A stretch of 64,000 nt of DNA from Bacillota bacterium (GTDB lineage Bacteria > Bacillota > Clostridia > Christensenellales > CAG-138), in the NCBI GenBank assembly GCA_038562375.1, contig JBCFAY010000006.1, positions 31,658-95,657 on the forward strand. Reading direction: 5' to 3'. Below the pieces are notes generated by a model. It ran no database searches, was not told where the DNA came from, and worked only from the letters and a program-made list of their open reading frames with translations. Positions 45,971 through 55,449 of the stretch are shown piece by piece; positions within the stretch are counted from its first letter, which is position 1; each line of letters opens with the position of its first letter. Position numbers and translations under genes: made by a program.

Positions 45971-47032
45971 ATGGCGCTTTGTGCAAAGTTTAAAAAAGAG
46001 TATCCCGGGTTTTCGCTCGACGTGGAATTTGAGGCCGCAAACGGCGTGATGGCGCTCCTGGGCGCGTCCGGCTGCGGAAAGAGCCTCACGCTCAAATGCA
46101 TCGCGGGCATCGTAAAGCCGGACGAGGGGATCATCGTCTCGGACGGCGTCACGCTGTTCGATTCCAAACGCAACATCAACCTTTCCCCGCAGAAACGGCG
46201 CGTGGGGCTGCTGTTCCAAAACTATGCGCTGTTCCCGAACATGACGGTGGAGAAAAACATACTGACCGGCCTTGCAAGGGAAAAAAGCGGCCCGGAAAAG
46301 AAGGAGCGCTTAAACCGGATCCTCCGAACCTTCCGGCTCGAAGGGCTTGAAAGGCATCTCCCCCACCAGCTTTCCGGCGGGCAGCAGCAAAGGGTCGCCC
46401 TCGCGCGCATCCTGGCGGGCGAGCCCAAGCTGCTGATGCTCGACGAGCCGTTCGCCGCGCTCGACAGCTATCTCAAATGGAAGCTCGAGCAGGAATTGAT
46501 GGATACGCTCTGCGCTTTCCCCGGTACAACGCTGTACGTTTCGCACAGCCGCGACGAGATCTACAGGCTCAGCCAAACAGTTTGCGTGATGGAAAACGGC
46601 AAAACACAGCCGGTCGTGCCGGTCAAATCGCTCTTTGAAGCGCCGGGGACGCTCTCCGCCGCGCTGCTCTCGGGCTGCAAGAACTTCTCCCGCGCGCGGC
46701 GGGCCGGAAACAATGAAGTCTTCGCCGTCGATTGGGGCGCGACGCTCGACTGCGGCCGCGCGGTGGACGAGGATGTGCGCTTCATCGGCGTCAGGGCGCA
46801 CCATATCTCGTTCGCGGAGGAAGCGGGCCGCAACACCCTCGCGTGCAGGCCGGAGCGCTCGGTGGAGGACGTTTTCTCGCGCATCGCCGTGTTGATCCCC
46901 GAAAACGCCGCCCAAGGCTCGGACTACGCGCAGATCCGCGTGGAATACCCAAAAGCGCCCGCGTGCGATTTCGGTGGAAACGAACAAGTGAACATCGCGA
47001 TCCGCCCTTCGGACATCATGCTGCTGAAATGA
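45971..47032 (+). CDS. modC: Molybdate-type ABC transporter ATP-binding protein with a C-terminal TOBE-like domain
   Basis: Walker A 'GASGCGKS', signature 'LSGGQQQRV', Walker B 'LLMLDEP'. Confidence 0.85.
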   Translation: MALCAKFKKEYPGFSLDVEFEAANGVMALLGASGCGKSLTLKCIAGIVKPDEGIIVSDGVTLFDSKRNINLSPQKRRVGLLFQNYALFPNMTVEKNILTGLAREKSGPEKKERLNRILRTFRLEGLERHLPHQLSGGQQQRVALARILAGEPKLLMLDEPFAALDSYLKWKLEQELMDTLCAFPGTTLYVSHSRDEIYRLSQTVCVMENGKTQPVVPVKSLFEAPGTLSAALLSGCKNFSRARRAGNNEVFAVDWGATLDCGRAVDEDVRFIGVRAHHISFAEEAGRNTLACRPERSVEDVFSRIAVLIPENAAQGSDYAQIRVEYPKAPACDFGGNEQVNIAIRPSDIMLLK

Positions 47033-47167
47033 TCCCCTGAAGGGAGGCGCGCCGGGTCCTCCAAACGCTGCGGCGGCGCGGGAAAACGCCGCAACGAGGG
47101 AGGCTTCCATAAAGGATACAAAAACGGCCGACGGATACGCTCCGCCGGCCGTTCACGCGCCGAACCC

Positions 47168-48196
47168 TTACGCGATATAATCCTCGATGAGCACCTGCAT
47201 CACTCCGCCGCACACCATGCCCTCTTCCTCGGCAATGTCGTCCGTCAGGTCGACGGTCTGCAGGCAATACCGCCGGGTACCGATCGTCCGCCGCGCGATG
47301 CCCACGACGGCCGCCTCGCCGCACCCGCCGCCGATGCTGCCCAGGATGCGTCCGTCGGGATACACCAGCATCTTCGCGCCGGGTCCCCGCGGAACCGAGC
47401 CCTTGGCGGCGACGACGGTAACGATGGCTTTGGGCACATCCTTTTCCGCGGCCAGCGTCTTTAAGACCTTCAGGTCCATATCCGAACGGCTGATATTCCG
47501 GGATGCGCCGTTATAGCGCAGGCGTTTGCACAAAATGATCTCCGCCAGGATCGAAATCGCGATTTCCTCCGGCGTTACGGCCCCGATGGGCAGGCCGATG
47601 GGCGTGTGCGCGCGGTTGATCCAATCCGCGTCGCAGCCCTCCTCGATGAGGGCGGCCTTTAAGGTATTTACCCGCCTCTTAGAGCCGATCATTCCCACGT
47701 AGAAAGGCTTCGGGCCCTTCTCGAGCCGCCTTAAGCACTCCATATCATGCCGGTGCCCGCGCGTGATCACCACCACATAATCGCCCTCGGTCACGTCCAA
47801 GCGGTCGAATACCGTATCGAATCCTTCGCAGATCACGCTCGCAGCCATCGGAAAGCGCACGGCGTTCGCAAAGGACGGGCGATCGTCCACCACCGTGACG
47901 GAAAACCCGGTTTTCGACGCGAAGTCGGCCAAAGGAAGCGCGATATGGCCGCATCCGAGCACGATCAGGCGCTCCTCCGGGAAAAACGGCTCCCAGACGG
48001 ACAGATCTCCGCCTTCGGTTTTCAAAACCGGAGCGCCGAGCCCCTCCGCATCGCTGAATGCGGGCTCCTTTTCAACGATCAGCCGCTTTTCCATCGCCGC
48101 GCTCACGCCCTGCGTGCCGCTGAAGCGTTTGAGAAGAACGGCCGATTCCTTGCGCTCGAGCGCCTGAATGATTTGCGCGTAAATTTGTTGATTCAT
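47168..48196 (-). CDS. XdhC/CoxI-family molybdenum-cofactor insertion chaperone
   Basis: Rossmann part 'RLIVLGCGHIALPLADFA...VTVVDDRP' and XdhC_CoxI part 'TVVAAKGSVPRGPGAKMLVYPDGRILGSIGGGCGE'. Confidence 0.8.
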   Translation of the reverse strand: MNQQIYAQIIQALERKESAVLLKRFSGTQGVSAAMEKRLIVEKEPAFSDAEGLGAPVLKTEGGDLSVWEPFFPEERLIVLGCGHIALPLADFASKTGFSVTVVDDRPSFANAVRFPMAASVICEGFDTVFDRLDVTEGDYVVVITRGHRHDMECLRRLEKGPKPFYVGMIGSKRRVNTLKAALIEEGCDADWINRAHTPIGLPIGAVTPEEIAISILAEIILCKRLRYNGASRNISRSDMDLKVLKTLAAEKDVPKAIVTVVAAKGSVPRGPGAKMLVYPDGRILGSIGGGCGEAAVVGIARRTIGTRRYCLQTVDLTDDIAEEEGMVCGGVMQVLIEDYIA

Positions 48197-48434
48197 CGCG
48201 GCTCTCCCTGCCATAAACGGCGGCGTCGATCTTTGGCGGACAGTACGGCCCGCGCCGTATCGCCGCCCGCCAAGACCGAGGCCTGAACGCGATCCCCACG
48301 GACGGGCAAACGTCATTGCCTTAACAGCATGGTAGGCGATTCATACGAGTCTGTCAATAGCATACTAAATTGATATAAAAAATATTATATTTTTCATTAA
48401 GAAAATACAAAAAATACCGCATGCTCTTCCATAT

Positions 48435-48465
48435 AAAAAAAAGCAAGGTCGTCCTTGCTTTTTTA
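48435..48465. terminator. Bidirectional terminator in the AT-rich gap
   Basis: AAAAAAAGCAAGG-TCGT-CCTTGCTTTTTT. Confidence 0.75.
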
Positions 48466-48606
48466 AATCGCTGGAAACGGCGCTCGCCCCGCGCTCCGTC
48501 GCCCGAATTTTTCACTCGGGACGGTCGGCTTGTGATCAAGGCGGAGCTTTTTGCAGAATCCTCCGGTTCCCGAACCGGTGCGCGGTTGCGGGTATGCACG
48601 GTATGC

Positions 48607-49575
48607 TTAGACGATCGGTCCCCCGAGCGCTTCGTTCTGCGCGCTCACCGCGGCCTGAAGCTGTGCGAGCGATGCCGCCGCCAATTCGTAAACGAGGTAC
48701 TCGGGCCGCGCAAACTCCAGCACCTTCAAAATCCCGCGGTCGACGAACGGCTGATGCGGATCCATCCCGCCCACGTCCCGCATCGCCGAGAGAAGGCGCG
48801 TCATAAAATCCGCGTCGGCGGCGTATTTCCCGCCGATGCTCTTTGGGCCCGAGATCGAGCTGTTCAGATGCATTGCGCGGATGTGCCGCGCGGCTTCGCC
48901 GAGGCGCTCCAGCGCTTTAAGGATATAGCCGACCGCTTCGTTTTCATCCTTAAGGCGCAGGTTGGTGTTCATCAGATGCCCGACGTCCAGCACAAAGCCC
49001 TTGTTCGGATACTCGACGCGCTCGAGAAGGCGCATGGCCGCGCCGCCGTCCAAGAAGGTCAGTCCGGGCAGCCAGTGGTTTTCAAACAGAACCTCGAACC
49101 GCGCGGGAACGCCTTTGAGAATCTCGTTGAAAAACCCGACATACGCGTCTATGATCTCCTCGTCCCCATACGGATGGGAGCCGGAATAGCAGCATTCCAG
49201 GTGCGAATGGGCGGCGTGGAAGACGACGTACTTTACGCCCATCCTCGCCGCGTCCAGAAGCTCGTCATGCCGCGCGCGGACGAACTCGTCCCTTGAGAGC
49301 GCATAATAGTAGCCGCGGCAGTTTTCAAGGGTATCGAACTGCTCGAGCAGGGCTTTTTCGTCGCCGCGCCAAAAATCCAGGAACATCGGCCAGTACGGCA
49401 TGTGCCTGCCGACGGCTTTTTCCAGGGGCACCGCCTCCTCCTGCGGGTTTTCCCAGCGCATCAGCTCGAGCCCGTCCAGCCCGTTTCGCGCGAGAAATTC
49501 CCGCACGGCAACGGCTTTGCCGCCGAACTTTTCGAGGCTATAGGGATCATCCGATAGGCTCAACAGTTTCAGCAA
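48607..49575 (-). CDS. Xylose-isomerase-like TIM-barrel (sugar phosphate isomerase/epimerase family) protein
   Basis: 'YVVFHAAH', 'LFENHW', 'LDVGHLM' and 'MHLNSS' are spaced as in AP_endonuc_2 barrels. Confidence 0.55.
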   Translation of the reverse strand: MLKLLSLSDDPYSLEKFGGKAVAVREFLARNGLDGLELMRWENPQEEAVPLEKAVGRHMPYWPMFLDFWRGDEKALLEQFDTLENCRGYYYALSRDEFVRARHDELLDAARMGVKYVVFHAAHSHLECCYSGSHPYGDEEIIDAYVGFFNEILKGVPARFEVLFENHWLPGLTFLDGGAAMRLLERVEYPNKGFVLDVGHLMNTNLRLKDENEAVGYILKALERLGEAARHIRAMHLNSSISGPKSIGGKYAADADFMTRLLSAMRDVGGMDPHQPFVDRGILKVLEFARPEYLVYELAAASLAQLQAAVSAQNEALGGPIV

Positions 49576-49613
49576 TGTCGTTTCCCCTTCCTTTGAATGG
49601 TCTTAAGTTCGTT

Positions 49614-50708
49614 TCAGCCGCGCACGACGCGGTCGTAGCGATAGGTGGGATTGGGCCTGCCCGGGCTTAAACAGTTGATCGCCGCGATCTTAAGGCCGAT
49701 CCCGCCGCCGCAGGCGTTCTGCAGCTCCTCCAGGATCAGGCTTTTGAGCGGTTCCGGGCCGGTCTGTACGCGCGCGTTGAGTATCAAGACGGCGTCGGGC
49801 TCCGCCCCCGCGCCCCCCCTGAAGCGAAGCGTCGGGCTTTTGCCCGTGATGTTGCCCGCCGCGTGCCCCGCGCCCGAACGAAGCAGCAGCTTGACATGGC
49901 CTACCGGCAGGTTCATCGCGTCAAACCTCTTCCCAAGCGCCGTGAGCAAGCTTTCCGCGAACGCGTTCCAGTCCGGAGAATCGCACTTTAAAACCGCTTT
50001 CAGGTTCAGCCAGCCCAAGACCGCCTCGCCCTCGGCATACACGTCGTAATCCACCGGCGCGATATGCGTCCCGCCGTCCGCGCTTTGCTCGATCAGCTCC
50101 ATAAAGCCCTGCACCCCGTCGCCCGTACCGGCGCTCAGCGCGAGCACCCGCGCCTGGGGCCACTTTTGTTCGCATCGGGCGATCAGGTCTTTAACGCTCT
50201 CCGGCGGCAGCAGATCCGTCTTGTTGATCAGGATCGCATCCGCCTCCTCCAGCTGCTTTTCCATGATGTACAAGGCGCTCCCGTGCAGCGCCGAAGTCCC
50301 CGCGCCAAGAAGCGGAAAGAGCTTTTCGGGATCCGCGAGCACACAAAGGGCGGCGACCTCGAGCTCGCCGCCGAAGCGCTCCTTGATCGGCTGCAGGATC
50401 GTCGCGGAGAGGTCGGTGCAACTGCCTACGGGCTCCGCGATGATCAGCTGCGCGCCCGCGTTTACAAGCTCGCCGATTGCGCCGATCAGCCCCTTGAAAT
50501 TGCAGCAGAAGCAGCTTCCGCTGACCTCCTCGACCTTGAGCCCCGCCGTTTGCAGGTAAGCGGTATCGACAAGCTCCGGGGCCTGATCGTTGGTGATGAG
50601 GCCGACGCGCTTTCCCCGCTCTGAAAACCGCCGGGCGGCCTCAAAGAGAAGGGTCGTCTTTCCGGCGCCCAGAAAGCCGCCGACAAAAGCAACCTTGGTC
50701 TTCATCAT
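49614..50708 (-). CDS. G3E-family P-loop GTPase (CobW/COG0523-like) with an extra C-terminal domain
   Basis: Walker A 'GGFLGAGKTT', 'GSCFCCN' (CxCC-like), 'IIAEPVGS', 'INKTD'. Confidence 0.75.
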   Translation of the reverse strand: MMKTKVAFVGGFLGAGKTTLLFEAARRFSERGKRVGLITNDQAPELVDTAYLQTAGLKVEEVSGSCFCCNFKGLIGAIGELVNAGAQLIIAEPVGSCTDLSATILQPIKERFGGELEVAALCVLADPEKLFPLLGAGTSALHGSALYIMEKQLEEADAILINKTDLLPPESVKDLIARCEQKWPQARVLALSAGTGDGVQGFMELIEQSADGGTHIAPVDYDVYAEGEAVLGWLNLKAVLKCDSPDWNAFAESLLTALGKRFDAMNLPVGHVKLLLRSGAGHAAGNITGKSPTLRFRGGAGAEPDAVLILNARVQTGPEPLKSLILEELQNACGGGIGLKIAAINCLSPGRPNPTYRYDRVVRG

Positions 50709-51056
50709 CGCTCTCCTTCCTTTTCACGCGCGTTGGAATGGAATCCGCCCAAAGCGGCCGAAGCGCTGTTTAGTTGAGGCTTGCGCGCTGCGGCCGGACC
50801 TCTTCGCGCAGTGCGCACAAAAGCAGCGGCGAATATGCTGTTTTAATTATAGGATTTATCGCATGAGCGGGATAGCAAAATCCAACGGATTTTTGTACTA
50901 TATTTGTACTGTGCGGCCGCTCGGGCGTCTGCCCGGCGGAGACGGCGCGCGACCCGCAAAAACGCCGAGCGCCGCAGCCCCTTCGCGGGGTTCGCGGCGC
51001 AACGGTCCGGCGCATGCCGGTATGAAATTCAATTGAAAGCCGCCCCCGCCTTACGG

Positions 51057-51728
51057 CTATACGACGGGCGGATACTGATGCCATCTCTCCAGGATGGCGT
51101 CGCCGGTAAACGCCCCGGACGCGCTCCGGAAGGACCTGAGCCGCTCGGGCGAATATCCGACCACCACATAAGGGCAGACCTCGCTGATCAGGCGCATCAT
51201 CACCAGGCACTCGTCCTCGTTTTTGAACTGCACACGGATCTGGCGCCGGTCTGCAAAGGCGAACATCAGCGCATAGTAGCGCGCGCCGAAATTGGTTCTG
51301 GTGATGTGCATATACACCCAGACGAGATCGCGCAGCGGACGCGCGCGGAAGCTCATGCCCTGCGCGATCAGCGCCCAATGGTTCGTGAGCGTGAACTGGC
51401 GCACGCTGTGGATCATATGCCCCGCCGCCTCCTGGTTGACGGCGGCTTCCACGGTTTCGGCGTCGCCCAGCTGCAGATTGCCCAGCGCCTTATAATACTT
51501 CGAGCTCTTGTAATTTGCCCGATTGATCAGCGCGTGCAGGAAAAACGCGAACGGGATTGCAGCCATAATGAGGACCGCGATGAAGGCGGAGCTGTTGGCC
51601 GAATCGGGATTCCTCGCGGTCTCCGACAGCCCGATGAGCAGCGGGATAAGGATCCAGCCCGTGAGGATGCCGGTTAAGATCATACGGTTGCGGTAGATCC
51701 GCCGGATCTGCGTTTTTACGTATTCCAT
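51057..51728 (-). CDS. Membrane protein, unknown (2 TM plus cytoplasmic domain)
   Basis: 223 aa; last gene of a same-strand four-gene cluster. Confidence 0.55.
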   Translation of the reverse strand: MEYVKTQIRRIYRNRMILTGILTGWILIPLLIGLSETARNPDSANSSAFIAVLIMAAIPFAFFLHALINRANYKSSKYYKALGNLQLGDAETVEAAVNQEAAGHMIHSVRQFTLTNHWALIAQGMSFRARPLRDLVWVYMHITRTNFGARYYALMFAFADRRQIRVQFKNEDECLVMMRLISEVCPYVVVGYSPERLRSFRSASGAFTGDAILERWHQYPPVV

Positions 51729-51744
51729 AAAAGATGCCTCCTAC

Positions 51745-53880
51745 CTATTGCGTGATGGGATGCGCTGTGAACATCAGGTGGAAATCATAGGCGTTCAGGT
51801 AATTCGCAAGATCGTCCACCAGCCCCGGACAAGAGGCCACGCCCTTTTCGCCCAAGGCCTGCCAATCGAATTCGTCCTGTTGGTAGAGCGTTTGGTCGGC
51901 CGCTGTTTTGTCAAGGTTCGGCCGCACGGCGTTGATCTTTTCGAGCAGCACGTTCAGATAGATGGGTTCGATCTTTGCAAGCGTATCGGGCTTTGTCAGC
52001 TTCCCCGTCTCAAACTGCGCGTTGAGCGCTTGGTACACATCGCTTCCGATCTCGTACAGGGAAGGCGTACTGTAGCTGATCTGCGGCCTGCCGTACTCGG
52101 TCTTTATGCTCAGCGAGCCGTAGGCAAAAGTTGCGGCGAGGCGCGTTTGAAGCAATTCCAAGATTTCATCGTGGTCCACGGTGAGCTTGTCGTTGTGCTG
52201 GACGCCCTTCTCCATGAGCGCGTTCGCGAGATCGTCAAAATACGCCTTTATCACCGGGGTGTCCACGCCGTACCCCGTATGATCCGGCCAGGACTGGAAA
52301 TCCGGCAGCAGCGCATCCTGCGCCGCCTCGTAAAACCCCAATCCCGTCATATACTCATCCACATGCGGAGCAAACACGGTATAGTAATCGTTCAGGGCGA
52401 AATACACCGAGCCCATCGACCAGTCGATGGTGATCTGCTCGCCGCTGATGCGCACCGTCTGATACGGCAGGCGCACATCCACCTGAATCATGACGCCGGG
52501 CGTATTGATCTGCAGGAGCTTCGCATAATTCTCGCGGATGTACGCGCGGCCGCCCGTGCCTGGCGCGTAGGCGGGAATATTGAGTTTGCTCAGACTGTCG
52601 GCGGACGGATCGGGCAGCAGCAGGGTAACGACCGCGTCGTAGTCGGACAAAACCACGTTCGAATAGCTGGCGCTCTTGATCGCGGCGAGGAACACGGGGT
52701 CGGGCGAGACCTCGGGGCCTTCCTCCTGTATGGCGGCGAACAGCTTCTCGTTGATCTCGGCGATGAGGGCGGCTTTTTGCTGCTCGCTCAGGCCGCTCTC
52801 GGGCGGCTGCGTCTGCTGTACCGGCACGTAGGGGGTCGGCTGATCCACCCCGAGCGAGGAGAGGACGTTTTGCTGTGCGATCCGTGAGAGGACCAGCAGG
52901 GCAACGACCAGCAGAACAAACACCGCGATCCCGCCGCCGATGATCAAAAACATGGTGCGCCGGTGCGGATTCCCTTCTTGTACAACGGGAGGAGATTGAG
53001 GATCGCCGGGCCACGCGGCCGTCGGCGGCGCCTGCGTGGCTGCCCTGGGCTCGGCCTGCGCTTTGGCCCGCGGCGTATAATAAGGCTGCGACGGCGCCTG
53101 ATAGGATTGCGGCTGCGGCTGCGCGGCGGGCGGCGGGGCCTGATAGTTCAGCTGCGGGGCCTGATACGCCTGCGGCGGAGCCTGATAGATTTGCGGCGGG
53201 ACCTGATCCCGGCCGGGGATGTCGGACGGCGGGACCTGATCCGGCTGCGGGCCCTCCGGCGCGGGCGAAGGCGGCGCTGCGCCGAACTGCGGGCCCTCCG
53301 GCGCGGCGGCCGGTGCGGGCTGCTCGCCCGGCTTCTTCGAAAAACGGATGATGCCGAGCTGTTTGTTCGTAAGGAAGAACGTGATGATCACAAGTACCAG
53401 CCCGCCCGCCGACGAAACCATCAGGCCGCCCGCCGACGCGCCGGTCATCAGGAATGCGAAGAAGCTGCCGGCGAGCAGGACCCAAAAGCCGTAGGCCTTG
53501 CCTTTGAGCATGAGCGCGAGACCGGTGATCATGATGCCGAAGAACAGCGCCAGCGGCACCAGGATCGTACCTGCGCCCGAGTAGTCCCGGTAATTGAGCA
53601 TGGACGCGATCGCCGCGCTGACGCAGACGATCATAAAGATGACGAACCCTTTGGCAAACCCATGCAGTCCGCTTGTTTTTTTGACGCTCGGTCCATTGAC
53701 GTTGGGTCCGAAGTTCGGTCCGTTGGAATTCGGCCCGCCGAAGTTCGGCCCGCCGAAGTTTGGTCCGTTGGGATTGGGTCCGTTGGGATTGGGTCCGTTG
53801 TAGTTCGATTCATTGATGTTCGGTCCGTTGGGGTTCGGTTCATTGAGATTCGGTCCATTGAGGTTGGGTTCATTTGTCAT
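51745..53880 (-). CDS. Large membrane protein: N-terminal GPN pentapeptide repeats, 4 TM, P/Q-rich linker, TM, ~330-aa extracytoplasmic domain
   Basis: GGAGG is 9 nt before the ATG at 53880. The ORF-track start at 54069 lacks an SD. Confidence 0.6.
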   Translation of the reverse strand: MTNEPNLNGPNLNEPNPNGPNINESNYNGPNPNGPNPNGPNFGGPNFGGPNSNGPNFGPNVNGPSVKKTSGLHGFAKGFVIFMIVCVSAAIASMLNYRDYSGAGTILVPLALFFGIMITGLALMLKGKAYGFWVLLAGSFFAFLMTGASAGGLMVSSAGGLVLVIITFFLTNKQLGIIRFSKKPGEQPAPAAAPEGPQFGAAPPSPAPEGPQPDQVPPSDIPGRDQVPPQIYQAPPQAYQAPQLNYQAPPPAAQPQPQSYQAPSQPYYTPRAKAQAEPRAATQAPPTAAWPGDPQSPPVVQEGNPHRRTMFLIIGGGIAVFVLLVVALLVLSRIAQQNVLSSLGVDQPTPYVPVQQTQPPESGLSEQQKAALIAEINEKLFAAIQEEGPEVSPDPVFLAAIKSASYSNVVLSDYDAVVTLLLPDPSADSLSKLNIPAYAPGTGGRAYIRENYAKLLQINTPGVMIQVDVRLPYQTVRISGEQITIDWSMGSVYFALNDYYTVFAPHVDEYMTGLGFYEAAQDALLPDFQSWPDHTGYGVDTPVIKAYFDDLANALMEKGVQHNDKLTVDHDEILELLQTRLAATFAYGSLSIKTEYGRPQISYSTPSLYEIGSDVYQALNAQFETGKLTKPDTLAKIEPIYLNVLLEKINAVRPNLDKTAADQTLYQQDEFDWQALGEKGVASCPGLVDDLANYLNAYDFHLMFTAHPITQ
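53686..53880 (-). repeat. Coding low-complexity repeat: ~12 copies of (N/F)GPN(x) pentapeptide (15-nt units)
   Basis: 'NGPNLNEPNPNGPNINESNYNGPNPNGPNPNGPNFGGPNFGGPNSNGPNFGPNVNGP'. Confidence 0.85.
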
Positions 53881-54152
53881 GTCAAACACCCTCCGCTTCA
53901 TTGATAGATTGGGATGGGCCGCGCCGCGGCGGCGGCGATGAACTGTGATCACGCTTGAAGTATAGGCGAACGCAAGGCGCAGCGGGTGGAACAAAAGTTG
54001 AATTTTAAAAAATTCCACAAAGTTCCACAGCGCTTCGGCGCTCATCCGCGCGCGATCGGCGCGGTTCACGCCCGCTAGGGCCGCGCTTCGGGCGGGAGCG
54101 GATCAAACGCAAAGCGGGCGAACGCATCGTTCGCCCGGCCGGAGGTGCTTTT

Positions 54153-55235
54153 CTATAACCCGTCCGCGGATGCGCGCCTTAGCCTTAAGGCGATGCGGCC
54201 GGGGGATTGTATCCAAATCGCGCGCAGGGAGAAATACATCATCAGCCGCAGCGCCGCGCCGGTCAGGAAGGCGTTCAAAGCCGCGCCCGCGCCGAGCAAT
54301 AACAAAAGCGCGCTCGCAAGAGCGCACAAAAAGGCGGGGGCGAATTCCATCGCGAGGAATGTCCGCGGTTCGATGCGCTTTAGGGCGCGCGGCAGCAGCG
54401 CGCACATCAGCGGCAGAAAAGAATAGATCAGCGAAAGGGTAAACGCGCTGAACGCCTGCGCCAAAACGGGCGAAACGAAAAGCGCCGCGAAATCGACGCC
54501 GAGCCCGTAAAACAGCAGGCCCGACAGGCCTCCCGCCAGCGTGTAAAGCCCGGCGGCAAGGAGGATCGATCGGCTCTCCAGCGCGGACGGCCGCGAGCGG
54601 TACAGACAGAGCAGAGCAAAAAAGGCGATCGGCAGAGCGCAGACCGCACCCCATACGAACGCCGGGAAGCCGGAGGGGACCGCGTATGCCGCGAGGGACG
54701 GCAGGCTGGTGAGGAGGCTCCACAGGCCGCCGCCCAGAAGCGCCGCGGCCAGGGCGTAAAGCGTTTCCGCCAATACGGGCTTAACGGGTTTAACGGGCTT
54801 GCCCTTCGTGCCGGTCGGCGCCTGCGCCGCCTCCCCGGGCGCGGCCGCAGCGGGCAAGGGCTGCTCCGTATCGGAAGGGACCGGCAAGCGCTCCTCTTTG
54901 CGCTCGGCAAGCGCGAGCAGGAGAGCGTCCGTCAAAAACTCCTCGAAGCCCGCGCAAGCGCAGATCGCCTCCGCCTGCTCGGAGGAAAACGCGCTTTGAA
55001 GCTCGGCCGTCAGATCGGCGCGCAGCCTCGTGCGCATTGCGTCGGTCGAATGCTCCGTCACGAACCGCACGATATGCGGGATCAGTTTTTTGGGCGGCGA
55101 AGCGGTGCCCCGGAGCCATTTGTAGACCAGGGTGCGATCCCTGTCCAGATAGAACTCCGCAAGCACGGCCGGGGATTCCTGGATGACGTGAAATATGCAC
55201 TTCAACATGCCGACAAACGCTGTTTTTCCCGGCAC
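54153..55235 (-). CDS. Membrane protein, unknown: N-terminal soluble (HTH-like?) domain, A/P-rich linker, ~6 TM
   Basis: AGGAGG is 7 nt before GTG 55235. 'RTLVYKWLRGTASPPKKLIPHIVRF' is reminiscent of an XRE-type HTH. Confidence 0.5.
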   Translation of the reverse strand: MPGKTAFVGMLKCIFHVIQESPAVLAEFYLDRDRTLVYKWLRGTASPPKKLIPHIVRFVTEHSTDAMRTRLRADLTAELQSAFSSEQAEAICACAGFEEFLTDALLLALAERKEERLPVPSDTEQPLPAAAAPGEAAQAPTGTKGKPVKPVKPVLAETLYALAAALLGGGLWSLLTSLPSLAAYAVPSGFPAFVWGAVCALPIAFFALLCLYRSRPSALESRSILLAAGLYTLAGGLSGLLFYGLGVDFAALFVSPVLAQAFSAFTLSLIYSFLPLMCALLPRALKRIEPRTFLAMEFAPAFLCALASALLLLLGAGAALNAFLTGAALRLMMYFSLRAIWIQSPGRIALRLRRASADGL

Positions 55236-55449
55236 CGCGGATCCTCCTAAGCACTGAGCGGATTTTATTGGGAAATCCTGGCTATTTCCCTGATTATAGC
55301 ACAATACCGCCGTGGGATGAAGCGGATTTCTCGCAGGGCGCGGCCTTTTAGAGCGCAAACCGCCCCGGGGCCTGCACCAGGAGCGCACGGCAGAGGGCAA
55401 AGCGCCCGAACGCCCGCTGTGCACAGCGCGCCCGCCCGCGATCGGGCCT

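Noticed and set aside
45271-45993. 240-aa ORF starting at ATG 45271, as an alternative modB frame
   Set aside because: Its translation is Arg/His/Pro-rich with no TM helices, and the ATG is only 2 nt from the SD. The frame from 45278 gives a normal ModB permease.
50709-51056. Cobalamin riboswitch or Zur box upstream of the CobW-like GTPase
   Set aside because: No B12-box-like sequence and no TCGTAAT-N-ATTACGA-type palindrome was seen. There is only a terminator for the upstream gene and a short direct repeat.
53590-53880. Short tandem DNA repeats that could be mistaken for a CRISPR or VNTR locus
   Set aside because: The units are 15 nt, contiguous with no spacers, and in frame within a coding region (the GPN peptide repeat).
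51748-53904. Plus-strand ORFs of 379 and 313 aa, and a minus-strand alternate frame of 376 aa
   Set aside because: They overlap the 711-aa membrane protein gene and are Arg/Gly/Pro-rich junk. Only the chosen frame has TM helices, an SD and coherent domains.
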